Assembly (NCBI GenBank): GCA_030681555.1
Contig: JAUXRW010000030.1
Span: 22,396 to 86,395 of the forward strand
Length of the DNA stretch: 64,000 nt
Direction of reading: 5' to 3'
Source of the DNA: Acidimicrobiales bacterium
GTDB taxonomy: Bacteria > Actinomycetota > Acidimicrobiia > Acidimicrobiales > VFJN01
Part shown: positions 49,170-57,642 of the stretch, in pieces
How positions within the stretch are numbered: the first letter of the stretch is position 1
Layout: every line of letters starts with the position of its first letter
Position numbers and translations under genes: made by a program
The notes under the pieces: generated by a model
What the model was told of the DNA's origin: nothing
What the model saw: only the letters and a program-made list of their open reading frames with translations
The model's database searches: none

Positions 49170-50168
49170 ATGATCGACGACATCGCCCGCATCGAGGCCG
49201 ACGCCGCACCGCGCATCGCTGCGGCCGCGTCCCTCGATGAGCTCCGGGCGCTCGCCGCTGAGCTCCTGGGCAAGCGCTCGGCGCTCTCGTCCCTGAAGTC
49301 CGGCCTGGGTCCCCTCGATCCCGATGCGCGGCGAGAGGCCGGGACCGCCATCAACCGAGCGCGGGACGTTCTGCAGGCTGCCGTCAACGCTCGGCGCGCA
49401 GAGCTCGAGGCCGAGGCCCGGCGCGAGCAGCTGGCCGCCGAGCGGCTCGACCTCACCGAGGTCACCGACGCAACCGGTGCCGGCCACCTGCACCTCGTCA
49501 CGCAGGCCATGGAGCGGCTCGAGGACGTCTTCGTCGGCATGGGCTTCACCGTCGCCGAGGGTCCCGAAGTGGAGACCGACTGGCACAACTTCGGCGCGCT
49601 CAACTTCCCTCCCGACCACCCGGCGCGGGATATGTACGACACGCTCTACGTCGAGTTCGGCGCACCCGGCTCCACGTTGCTGCGGACGCACACCTCTCCG
49701 GTGCAGGTACGCGTCATGACCTCGCAGCCACCGCCGATCTACATGGTGATGCCCGGCCGGGTGTACCGCCAGGACACGCCCGACGCCACGCACATGCCGG
49801 TCTTCCACCAGATCGAAGGGCTGGTGATCGACCGCGACATCACGTTCGCCGACCTTGCCGGCACGCTCGACACCTTCACGAAGGCGTTCTTCGGCGGGGA
49901 TTTCACGTCTCGGCTCCGGCCGTCGTACTTCCCCTTCACGGAACCCTCCGCCGAGTACGACATCCGTCGACCCGACGGCTCGTGGCTCGAGCTCGGCGGC
50001 TGCGGGATGGTGCACCCGAACGTCCTCACGGCCTGCGGCATCGACCCCGAGGAGTGGCAGGGCTTCGCCTTCGGCTTCGGCCTCGACCGCCTAGGCGCCA
50101 GCGCCCACGGCGTCGACGACCTCCGCGACCTCTTCACCAACGACGTCCGCTTCCTCTCTCAGTTCTGA
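49170..50168 (+). CDS. pheS: Phenylalanine--tRNA ligase alpha subunit
   Basis: ATG at 49170. HP.....E.....GF....GPEVE.DWHNF.ALN.P.DHPARDM.DT, LRTHTSPVQ.R, GRVYR.D..DATH...FHQ.EGL, FPFTEPS.E. Confidence 0.96.
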   Translation: MIDDIARIEADAAPRIAAAASLDELRALAAELLGKRSALSSLKSGLGPLDPDARREAGTAINRARDVLQAAVNARRAELEAEARREQLAAERLDLTEVTDATGAGHLHLVTQAMERLEDVFVGMGFTVAEGPEVETDWHNFGALNFPPDHPARDMYDTLYVEFGAPGSTLLRTHTSPVQVRVMTSQPPPIYMVMPGRVYRQDTPDATHMPVFHQIEGLVIDRDITFADLAGTLDTFTKAFFGGDFTSRLRPSYFPFTEPSAEYDIRRPDGSWLELGGCGMVHPNVLTACGIDPEEWQGFAFGFGLDRLGASAHGVDDLRDLFTNDVRFLSQF

Positions 50169-50259
50169 TGCTCCTCTTCCGCCCTCACTCGTTCGCTTCG
50201 CTCTCTCCGTTCCGGCGGGCTCGGTGGTGCTCGCCTGCGGCTCGCGCTCGGGCGTCCTC

Positions 50260-50303
50260 GGGGGGGAACCCCCCTGCGGCGCATCTGTGGGGGGTTCCCC
50301 CCC
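50260..50303. repeat. Perfect 15-bp G/C-tract inverted repeat (GGGGGGGAACCCCCC ... GGGGGGTTCCCCCCC) with a 14-nt loop, in the pheS-pheT spacer
   Basis: Arms at 50260-50274 and 50289-50303. Followed by ACAC and another C6 run (50307-50312). Preceded by a 45-nt tract that is about 84% pyrimidine (50169-50213). Confidence 0.85.
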
Positions 50304-50352
50304 ACACCCCCCTCGGGCCCGGCACTCCTCGTCGGCGTCGTCAGGGGGTCCT

Positions 50353-52710
50353 GTGAAGGTCTTGCTCTCGTGGTTGCGAGACTTCGCCCCGTTCGAGGGT
50401 GACCCCGTCACGCTCGGCGAGCAGATGAGTGACCTCGGCATGGCGGTGGAGGGCCTCGACGTCGTGGGGGAGGGGCTCGAGGGCATCGTCGTCGCGAAGG
50501 TCCTCGAGACCCGCCCGGTCGCGGGCGCCAACAAGATTCACCTCGTGATCGTCGACGCCGGCGACGGCCAGCCCCTCGAGGTCGGCTGCGGAGCCTTCAA
50601 CATGGCGGCCGGCGACCTCGTGCCGCTCGCCACGGTCGGCACCGTCATGCCGAGCGGGATGGAGATCGGCCGGCGGAAGATGGCCGGCGTCGTGTCCAAC
50701 GGGATGCTCTGCTCCTCGCAGGAGCTCGGCCTTGGCGACGATCACGGCGGCATTCTCCTCCTCCCGCCCGGGCTCGAACCGGGCACCGCGTTCTCGGAGG
50801 CTATGGGGATCGAGCCCGACGTCGTCTACGACCTCGAGATCAACCCCAACCGCCCGGATGCGATGTCGGTGGCGGGCGTGGCGCGCGATCTCGCCGCCCG
50901 CTTGAGCCTGCCGTTCTCTCTGCCCGAGCCCGTCGTCGACGAGGTGCCTGGTGCCGGAATCCAGGGCGTCAGCGTCGAGGTGCTCGACCCCGAGCTCTGC
51001 GGCCGGTTCGTCGCCCGGGTGCTGTCCGGCGTGCAGGTCGGCCCCGGCGATCCGGTCCTGGCGCGCCGACTGGCGCTGCTCGGAATGCGCTCGATCAACA
51101 ACGTGGTCGACGTCTCGAACTACGTGATGCTGGAGCTCGGCCAGCCCAACCACCCGTACGACCTGGCCAAGGTGGCGGGGCCGGGGTTCCGGGTGCGGCG
51201 GGCGCACGACGGCGAGCGCCTCACCACACTCGACGACGTCGAGCGCACCCTCAGCCCCGCCGACCTCCTCATCTGCGATGCGGCGGACGCACCGGTCGGC
51301 CTGGCCGGGATCATGGGCGGCGCCTCCAGCGAGATCGACGAGCACACCACGGACGTCCTCCTGGAGATGGCGTGGTTCCAGCCCATCGGGATCGTGAAGT
51401 CGTCCCGCCGCCACAAGCTCCGCTCGGAGGCGTCGGCTCGCTTCGAGAAGGGCACCGACGCGGACGTCATCGACCTCGCCATGCGACGGTTCGCCCAGCT
51501 GCTCGCCCCCTCGGGCGCGCGGCTCGAGGCCGGGGAGACCGCGGCGGAGGGCCAGCGGCCAGTGCGCCCGACGGTGCGCCTCCGGACGGCCCGGGTGGCC
51601 AGGCTGCTCGGCCAGGACCTGGGCCAGGCCCGCATCGCCGAGATGCTCGAGCCGATCGGTTTCGGCACCACGGCCACGGACGACGATCTCGACGTCACCA
51701 TCCCGTCGTGGCGCTACGACTCCGCCACCGAGATCGACCTCATCGAGGAGGTGGCGCGCCACCACGGCTACACCGAGCTCGGGCGCACCCTCCCTCGGGC
51801 CGCCACCACCGGGTCGCTCTCCGACCGCCAGCTCCAGCGGCGCAGCCTGCGCCGCCTGCTGGTGGGTCGGGGCCTCTCGGAGGCCATGCCCCTGCCGTTC
51901 CTCGCGCCGGGTGAGCTCAGCCGATGCGGCCTGCCCGACGACGGCATCAGGATCGCCAACCCGCTGGTCGCCGAGCAGTCGGTCCTGCGCACGACCCTGC
52001 TGCCGGGCCTGGTCGGCGCGGTCGCCTACAACTGGTCGCACCGGAACCACGGGGTGGCCCTCTTCGAGGTGGGGCACGTCTTCCGGGTCCCGACCGACGC
52101 CGACGCCGACCTCCCCGACGAGCGTGAATTCCTCGGTGCCGTGCTGGCCCGCGGCGACGCGGCGGTGGCCGTCCACCTGTGGCGGGCCGTTGCCGAGGTG
52201 CTGGGCTACCACGAGGTGCAGCTCGTGAACACCGAGGTGGCCGGCCTGCACCCAACCCGCTCGGCTCGTCTGGTGCTCGGCGAGGTCGGCGTCGGCCACC
52301 TCGGCGAGATCGACCCGGTCGTGCTCGAGTCGCACAACGTCGGCGAGCGGGTGGCCTACCTCGAGGTCGACCTCGACACGCTGCTCGCCCAACCCCCGTC
52401 CGATCGCCACTACCGGCCGTTCAGCCTGTACCCGAGCTCCGACGTCGATCTCGCCTTCGAGGTCGACGAGGACGTGCCCGCCTCCGCCGTGCACGACGCG
52501 ATCGTCGCCGCGGGTGGGGATCTGGTCTGGAGCGTCCGCCTGTTCGACGTGTTCCGCGGTCACGGCGTGTCAGCCGGCCGGCGCAGCCTCGCCTACACCC
52601 TCCGCCTGCAGGCCCCCGATCGCACGCTGACCGACGCCGACGTGGCCGGCGTCCGCACGACGATCATCGAGGCCGTCCAGTCCCGCCTCCCCGCCACCCT
52701 CCGCACCTGA
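50353..52710 (+). CDS. pheT: Phenylalanine--tRNA ligase beta subunit
   Basis: In-frame GTG at 50353 gives VKVLLSWLRDF, the canonical PheT N-terminus. tRNA-binding OB domain, B3/4, B5 and FDX-ACB regions. The upstream 43 codons of track ORF 50224 read through the G/C repeat and look non-coding. Confidence 0.95.
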   Translation: MKVLLSWLRDFAPFEGDPVTLGEQMSDLGMAVEGLDVVGEGLEGIVVAKVLETRPVAGANKIHLVIVDAGDGQPLEVGCGAFNMAAGDLVPLATVGTVMPSGMEIGRRKMAGVVSNGMLCSSQELGLGDDHGGILLLPPGLEPGTAFSEAMGIEPDVVYDLEINPNRPDAMSVAGVARDLAARLSLPFSLPEPVVDEVPGAGIQGVSVEVLDPELCGRFVARVLSGVQVGPGDPVLARRLALLGMRSINNVVDVSNYVMLELGQPNHPYDLAKVAGPGFRVRRAHDGERLTTLDDVERTLSPADLLICDAADAPVGLAGIMGGASSEIDEHTTDVLLEMAWFQPIGIVKSSRRHKLRSEASARFEKGTDADVIDLAMRRFAQLLAPSGARLEAGETAAEGQRPVRPTVRLRTARVARLLGQDLGQARIAEMLEPIGFGTTATDDDLDVTIPSWRYDSATEIDLIEEVARHHGYTELGRTLPRAATTGSLSDRQLQRRSLRRLLVGRGLSEAMPLPFLAPGELSRCGLPDDGIRIANPLVAEQSVLRTTLLPGLVGAVAYNWSHRNHGVALFEVGHVFRVPTDADADLPDEREFLGAVLARGDAAVAVHLWRAVAEVLGYHEVQLVNTEVAGLHPTRSARLVLGEVGVGHLGEIDPVVLESHNVGERVAYLEVDLDTLLAQPPSDRHYRPFSLYPSSDVDLAFEVDEDVPASAVHDAIVAAGGDLVWSVRLFDVFRGHGVSAGRRSLAYTLRLQAPDRTLTDADVAGVRTTIIEAVQSRLPATLRT

Positions 52711-52764
52711 CCTCGTTTCCGCGAACTCGCGCGGCTGACATGCGGTCGCCGCGGCTCACGAGAA

Positions 52765-52807
52765 CCTGCGGTCGTTTTGACCCTTCCTGGTCAAGAAGGA
52801 CCGCAGG
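52765..52807 (+). other. Compound hairpin downstream of pheT (candidate operon terminator without a U-tract)
   Basis: CCTGCGGTC gtt TTGACC cttcct GGTCAA gaag GACCGCAGG: 9-bp outer and 6-bp inner stems, 55 nt after the pheT stop. Confidence 0.4.
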
Positions 52808-52932
52808 GTGGGGCGTGGGCTAGGGGAGGACGGGGAGGTCGTCGCCGTACTACATGCCAGCGGTAGCCCTCGGCCACGGCACGCCGGTAGCTTGCCGCGG
52901 GACGGGCGCCGCGAGCGCCTCGGCCGGGTTCG

Positions 52933-54195
52933 GTGGCCCGTGCTGCGGGTAGACATGGTGCAGTGCCGAATCCCGACGCGCCCCCACCCGACATCGGCGC
53001 GGTCCTGGACGCGCGCTACGAGCTCCTCCGCCACATCGCAGCCGGCGGGATGGGCGATGTGTACGAGGCCGAGGATCGGGCCCTGCACCGCCGGGTCGCC
53101 GTGAAGCTCTATCGCTCGGCGTCCCCGCCCGACCGCGCCCGGTTCGACGCCGAGGTCCACCTGCTGGCCCGCCTCGACCACCCCGGGCTCGTCCGGGTGT
53201 TCGACGCCGGATCGCAGGGCGACGACGCCTACGTCGTGCTCGAGCTGGTCGATGGTCCGCCGCTCAGCGACGTGCTGCATCGCCGCAGCGCACTGCTCCC
53301 CGCAGACGTCGCGGCGCTCGGTGCCGACATCGCCGACGCGCTGGCCCACATCCACGACCACGGTGTGGTGCACCGCGACGTGACGCCGGCGAACATCCTG
53401 GTCGACGCCACGGGCCGACCCCGCCTCGTGGACTTCGGCATCGCCCGCCTCCTCGGATCCCCCCGGGTCACCGCGGCCTCCATGACCATGGGCACTGCCG
53501 CATACATGGCGCCCGAGCAGGTCGAGGGCCGAGAGGTCACACCGGCGGCCGACGTCTACGCCCTGGGCCTGGTGCTCCTGGAGGCGCTCACCGGCCGGCG
53601 GGAGTTCGACGGCACGCTGCACGAGGTGGCCGCCGCCCGTCTGGCGCGCGACCCCGACACGGCCGGTGGCGTCCCTCCTGCATGGCGCCCGATGCTCGAG
53701 GACATGACGAGGCGAAACCCCGGGTCGCGTCCTTCCGCACGCGTCGTGCACCGCCGCCTGATGGAGGTGGTCCGCGGGACGATCGCGGTCACGGCGCCGC
53801 TGGCTGCGGTGACGATGCCGGTGACGACCACCCCGGCTTACGCCGCCACGCAGGCGATCCCGGTGGCCGGGGGCACGGCGGAGATGCCCGTGCTCCCGAT
53901 GGCCGTCATCGACGAACGCCGGCCCCGTCGACCCTTCCCCGGACTGCCCCTCGCCATCGCGGCGGCGGCGATCGCGCTCGTCCTGCTGGTGGCGCTCGCC
54001 GCACGAGGCGGCGGCGGGTCGGAGGACGAGCAGGTGCCGGTGGACCTGTCCGGCGTGAGCACGACGGTCACGACGGCTCCGCCCACCACCGCTCCGATCG
54101 TGGTCGAGCCCGACCCCGTCGAACGGCCAGCCGACGCGGAGCCGACGTCGGGCACGGACCAGGGGAAGGGCAAGGACCCGAAGGGGAAGCGGTAG
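52933..54195 (+). CDS. Hanks-type Ser/Thr protein kinase with one TM helix and a low-complexity extracytoplasmic tail
   Basis: GGMGDVY, VAVK, HRDVTPANIL, DFGIA, APE. TM helix LPLAIAAAAIALVLLVALAA. GTG at 52933 (alternative GTG at 52963). Confidence 0.9.
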   Translation: MARAAGRHGAVPNPDAPPPDIGAVLDARYELLRHIAAGGMGDVYEAEDRALHRRVAVKLYRSASPPDRARFDAEVHLLARLDHPGLVRVFDAGSQGDDAYVVLELVDGPPLSDVLHRRSALLPADVAALGADIADALAHIHDHGVVHRDVTPANILVDATGRPRLVDFGIARLLGSPRVTAASMTMGTAAYMAPEQVEGREVTPAADVYALGLVLLEALTGRREFDGTLHEVAAARLARDPDTAGGVPPAWRPMLEDMTRRNPGSRPSARVVHRRLMEVVRGTIAVTAPLAAVTMPVTTTPAYAATQAIPVAGGTAEMPVLPMAVIDERRPRRPFPGLPLAIAAAAIALVLLVALAARGGGGSEDEQVPVDLSGVSTTVTTAPPTTAPIVVEPDPVERPADAEPTSGTDQGKGKDPKGKR

Positions 54196-54196
54196 G

Positions 54197-54502
54197 TCAG
54201 CTGCCCGGCGTCTCGCCCAGCCCGCCTCCGCTCACGCTCCGGTAGAGGTCGTAGATCTCCTTGCACACCCCGCACAGCGGCAACCGCTTCGGGTCCTGCT
54301 GGGGCACGAAGCGCTCACCGCAGAGCGCCTCCACGGGATAGCCGTAGATCCGGGCCTCCACGACCTTGGCCGCCGCGGACTCGCCCGGCTCGGTCTTCAC
54401 GATGTGGGCGGCCTTCGGCGGACCCGTCTCGGTGCGCTCGTCGGTGCGCTCGTCGCGGCGGGCGTCCGTGGTCGTCAGCGGGGCGGGCGAGGGCAGCGAC
54501 AT
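54197..54502 (-). CDS. DUF3039-like protein
   Basis: ATG at 54502 (MSLPSPAPL...). HIVKTEPGESAAAKVVEARIYGYPVEALCGERFVPQQDPKRLPLCGVCKEIYDLY. The track start at 54556 lies inside the palindromic operator. Confidence 0.75.
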   Translation of the reverse strand: MSLPSPAPLTTTDARRDERTDERTETGPPKAAHIVKTEPGESAAAKVVEARIYGYPVEALCGERFVPQQDPKRLPLCGVCKEIYDLYRSVSGGGLGETPGS

Positions 54503-54539
54503 CGCAGGACAGCGTAGAGCCGGCACCTCCCGGAACCGT

Positions 54540-54577
54540 GTTGCATGATCATGCAATGTGATGCATGATCATCGCAT
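54540..54577. promoter_or_regulatory. Tandem ArgR operator (two 18-bp ARG boxes, 2-bp spacer) abutting the argC start
   Basis: Box 1 is gtTGCATGATCATGCAat (54540-54557, perfect 16-bp palindrome TTGCATGATCATGCAA). Box 2 is gaTGCATGATCATCGCat (54560-54577, degenerate 3' half). This matches the TGCAT-N4-ATGCA core reported for actinobacterial ARG boxes. argR is encoded in the same operon. Confidence 0.75.
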
Positions 54578-55592
54578 GCCGAGGGTCGGGATCATTGGCG
54601 CGTCGGGCTACACCGGCGCCGAGCTGCTGCGGCTCCTGGCCGCCCACCCGGACCTCACCGTGGCCGTCGCCACGGGCGACACGCAAGCGGGCACGCCGGC
54701 GGCCGCGCTGTACCCGAGCCTTGCGGCGGCCTATCCGGAGCTGGTGTTCACGGCATTCGATCCCGACGCCTGCGCAGGCCTCGACCTCGTCTTCCTCGGC
54801 CTACCGCACGGCGCGAGCCAGTCGATCGTTCCGCAGCTGCTCGGCAAGGTGGGCCACCTCGTCGATCTGGCGGCCGACTTCCGGCTTCACGACGCCGGCC
54901 TGTATCCGAAGTGGTACGGCGAAGCCCACGCCGCCCCCGAACTGCTGGCGGACTTCGCGTACGGCCTGCCCGAGCTGTTCCGGGACGACATCCGCAGGTC
55001 CGCCCACGTCGCCGCGCCGGGTTGCTACCCGACGGCCGCGGCCCTGGCCTTGGCGCCGCTCGTCCGGGCCGGCGCGATCGCATCCGATGGGATCGTCGTC
55101 GACGCGGCATCGGGTGTGTCGGGAGCGGGCCGCCCGCCCAAACCGAGCACCACCTTCTGCGCGGTGGACGAGGACTTCACGGCCTACGGGCTGCTCGACC
55201 ACCGGCACACACCGGAGATCGAGCAGGCCACCGGGGCGTCCGTGCTCTTCACGCCGCACCTTGCTCCGATGAACCGGGGGATCCTCGCCACCTGCTATGC
55301 CCGGTCCGCCGGCCCGACGTCCACCGCGGCCCTCCTCGATCTGCTGCGGTCCACCTACGCAGAGGAGCCGTTCGTCGTCGTCACCGAGGCGTCTCCGTCC
55401 ACGAAGGCCAGCCTCGGTTCGAACACGGCACAGGTGACGGCGCGCTACGACGAGCGCACCGGCTGGGTCCTCGCCATCTGCGCCATCGACAATCTGACGA
55501 AGGGCGCCTCGGGCCAGGCCCTGCAGTGCGCGAACATCCTGCTCGGGCTCCCCGAGGTCAGCGGGCTCCCGACGGTCGGGGTGTACCCGTGA
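54576..55592 (+). CDS. argC: N-acetyl-gamma-glutamyl-phosphate reductase
   Basis: ATG at 54576 gives MPRVGIIGASGYTGAELLRLL. Catalytic-Cys context APGCYPTAA. The track's GTG at 54558 and the ATG at 54561 lie inside the ARG box and are alternatives. Confidence 0.94.
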   Translation: MPRVGIIGASGYTGAELLRLLAAHPDLTVAVATGDTQAGTPAAALYPSLAAAYPELVFTAFDPDACAGLDLVFLGLPHGASQSIVPQLLGKVGHLVDLAADFRLHDAGLYPKWYGEAHAAPELLADFAYGLPELFRDDIRRSAHVAAPGCYPTAAALALAPLVRAGAIASDGIVVDAASGVSGAGRPPKPSTTFCAVDEDFTAYGLLDHRHTPEIEQATGASVLFTPHLAPMNRGILATCYARSAGPTSTAALLDLLRSTYAEEPFVVVTEASPSTKASLGSNTAQVTARYDERTGWVLAICAIDNLTKGASGQALQCANILLGLPEVSGLPTVGVYP

Positions 55593-56761
55593 GCGTCACC
55601 GCGGCCGGTGGCTTCGTGGCCAACGGCATCGCCTGCGGCATCAAGGAATCCGGTGCTCCTGACCTCAGCCTCGTGTCGACGGTCGACGGTCGGCCGGTCG
55701 CAGCGGCGGCCGTGTTCACCCAGAACAAGATGACGGCGGCGCCCGTGGTCACGACCGATGCCCACCTCCGGGCCACCGGTGGGCGCGCCGCTGCGGTGGT
55801 TCTGAACAGCGGGTGCGCCAACGCCGCCACCGGGGAGCAGGGCCTGGCCGACGCCGAAGCCATGTGCGCCCTCGTGGCCGGGCAGGTCGGGTGCACCGCG
55901 GAGGAGGTGCTGGTCTGCTCCACGGGGCTGATCGGCTTCACCCTCGACATGGACGCCATCCGGGACGGGGTGCCGGAGCTCGTGGCCGGCCGCCTCGAAG
56001 AGCCTCAGGGCGCCCTCTTGGCGGCGGACGCGATCCTCACGACCGACACCACGCGGAAGGTCTCCGTCGCTCGCGGCCCGGGGTTCGTGGTGGGGGGCAT
56101 GGCCAAGGGCGCGGCGATGCTGGCGCCGAACATGGCGACCATGCTGGCGGTACTCACCACGGACGCTGCGGTCGAGCCGGGTCCCCTGACGGAGGTGCTG
56201 CGCGCCGCGGTCGCCGACAGCTTCAACGCCATGAGCGTCGACGGCTGCACGTCGACGAACGACACCGTGATCCTCCTCGCGTCCGGCACGGCCGGGGCCC
56301 CCGGCGACCCCGCGGCGTTCGGGGTGGCGGTAGCAGAGGTGTGCCTCGACCTGGCCACCCAGATGGTCGGCGATGCGGAAGGCCACACGAAGGTAGTCCG
56401 CCTCACCGTCACCGGCGCCCGCTCCGACGACGAGGCGCGGGCCGGCGCCCGGAAGGTGGCCGAGAGCCAGCTCGTGAAGTGCTCGTGGTATGGCGAGGAC
56501 GCCTACTGGGGGCGGATCGCGAGCGAGCTCGGTTCGGCCGGCATCGAGCTCGTGCCCGACCGGCTCACGGTCCGGTACGGCGACCTCGTCGTTGCGGAGG
56601 GCGGCGTGACCGCGCCCGTCGATGCGGCGGTCCTCGCCGCGTACATGGACCAGGAGTGGCTCGAGGTGACGGCAGACCTCGGGCTGGGCGAGGGGCGGGC
56701 TCGAGTCCTGACGAACGACCTGACCCACGCGTACGTCGACGAGAACATGGGCACGTCGTGA
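55589..56761 (+). CDS. argJ: Bifunctional glutamate N-acetyltransferase / amino-acid acetyltransferase
   Basis: GTG at 55589 (GTGA overlap). GF.A.G...GIK, AKG.AML.PNMATMLAVLTTDA (autoprocessing Thr), DG.TSTND. Confidence 0.95.
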   Translation: MSVTAAGGFVANGIACGIKESGAPDLSLVSTVDGRPVAAAAVFTQNKMTAAPVVTTDAHLRATGGRAAAVVLNSGCANAATGEQGLADAEAMCALVAGQVGCTAEEVLVCSTGLIGFTLDMDAIRDGVPELVAGRLEEPQGALLAADAILTTDTTRKVSVARGPGFVVGGMAKGAAMLAPNMATMLAVLTTDAAVEPGPLTEVLRAAVADSFNAMSVDGCTSTNDTVILLASGTAGAPGDPAAFGVAVAEVCLDLATQMVGDAEGHTKVVRLTVTGARSDDEARAGARKVAESQLVKCSWYGEDAYWGRIASELGSAGIELVPDRLTVRYGDLVVAEGGVTAPVDAAVLAAYMDQEWLEVTADLGLGEGRARVLTNDLTHAYVDENMGTS

Positions 56762-57642
56762 TCGCGTTCGGAGCCTCGCGCAAGGCCGCCCTGGAGCGGG
56801 CCGAGCTGCTCATCGAGGCCCTGCCGTACATCCAGCGCTTCCGCGACAAGGTGATCGTCGTGAAGCTCGGCGGCAACGCGATGGTCGACCCGGCCCTCTC
56901 GGCATCGTTCGCCGAGGACGTCGTGCTGATGCGGTCGGTCGGGCTGCGCCCGGTCGTGGTGCACGGAGGCGGTCCGCAGATCAGCGAGCTCATGGGGCGC
57001 CTCGGCAAGGAGCCGGAGTTCCGGGACGGGCAGCGCGTCACCGACGCCGAGACCGTCGACATCGCCCGCATGGTGCTCGTCGGCAAGGTCAGCCGCGAGA
57101 TCGTGAGCGCCATCAACGTGCACGGGCCCCTCGCCGTCGGCGTGTCGGGGGAGGACGCGGGGTTGATCCTCGCCGACGCCCGTGATCCGGCCCTCGGCTT
57201 CGTGGGCGACGTGCAGGCCGTCCATCCGGCGATCCTCGAGCGGCTGCTCGCGGAGGACCTCATCCCGGTTGTGTCCACCATCGGCGCCGACGACGCTGGG
57301 CAGGCCTACAACATCAACGCCGATGCGGTGGCCGGCGCCATCGCGGAAGCGCTCCATGCCGAGAAGGTCATCTACCTCACGGACATCGAGGGGCTGCTGG
57401 CCGACCTCGCGGACCCCGACAGCCTGATCAGCCGCATCGACGCCGCCGCGCTTCAGCGGCTGGTCGACGACGGCACCCTCACCGGGGGGATGATCCCGAA
57501 GATCAACGCCTGCCTGCAGGCGGTCGCGAACGGCGTCAGGTCCGCCCACCTCCTCGACGGCCGCCTGCCGCACGTCGTCCTCCTCGAGCTGTTCAGCGAC
57601 GCTGGCGTCGGCACGATGATCACGGCGGAGGCCCTGCGGTGA
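56758..57642 (+). CDS. argB: Acetylglutamate kinase
   Basis: GTG at 56758 (GTGA overlap). EALPYIQ.F....IVVK.GGNAM, VVHGGGPQI, YNINAD..AGAIA.AL.AEK...LTD, GGMIPK. Confidence 0.96.
   Translation: MIAFGASRKAALERAELLIEALPYIQRFRDKVIVVKLGGNAMVDPALSASFAEDVVLMRSVGLRPVVVHGGGPQISELMGRLGKEPEFRDGQRVTDAETVDIARMVLVGKVSREIVSAINVHGPLAVGVSGEDAGLILADARDPALGFVGDVQAVHPAILERLLAEDLIPVVSTIGADDAGQAYNINADAVAGAIAEALHAEKVIYLTDIEGLLADLADPDSLISRIDAAALQRLVDDGTLTGGMIPKINACLQAVANGVRSAHLLDGRLPHVVLLELFSDAGVGTMITAEALR

Noticed and set aside
50224-50352. Upstream 43 codons of the pheT track ORF.
   Set aside because: This stretch reads through the G/C homopolymer inverted repeat (GGEPPCGASVGGSPPHPP). The canonical PheT N-terminus VKVLLSWLRDF begins at the GTG at 50353.
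52900-52940. GGGTTCGGTGGCCC, which superficially resembles a tRNA T-arm.
   Set aside because: The flanks do not form a 5-bp T stem, there is no GTTCGAATC/GTTCAAATC loop, and no acceptor or anticodon arms can be drawn. I found no tRNA anywhere in the window.
54558-54575. MHDH... N-terminal extensions predicted on both strands (argC from 54558; DUF3039 from 54556).
   Set aside because: Both arise from reading the same palindromic ARG-box DNA in opposite directions. Conserved protein sequence starts at MPRVGIIG (54576) and MSLPSP (54502).
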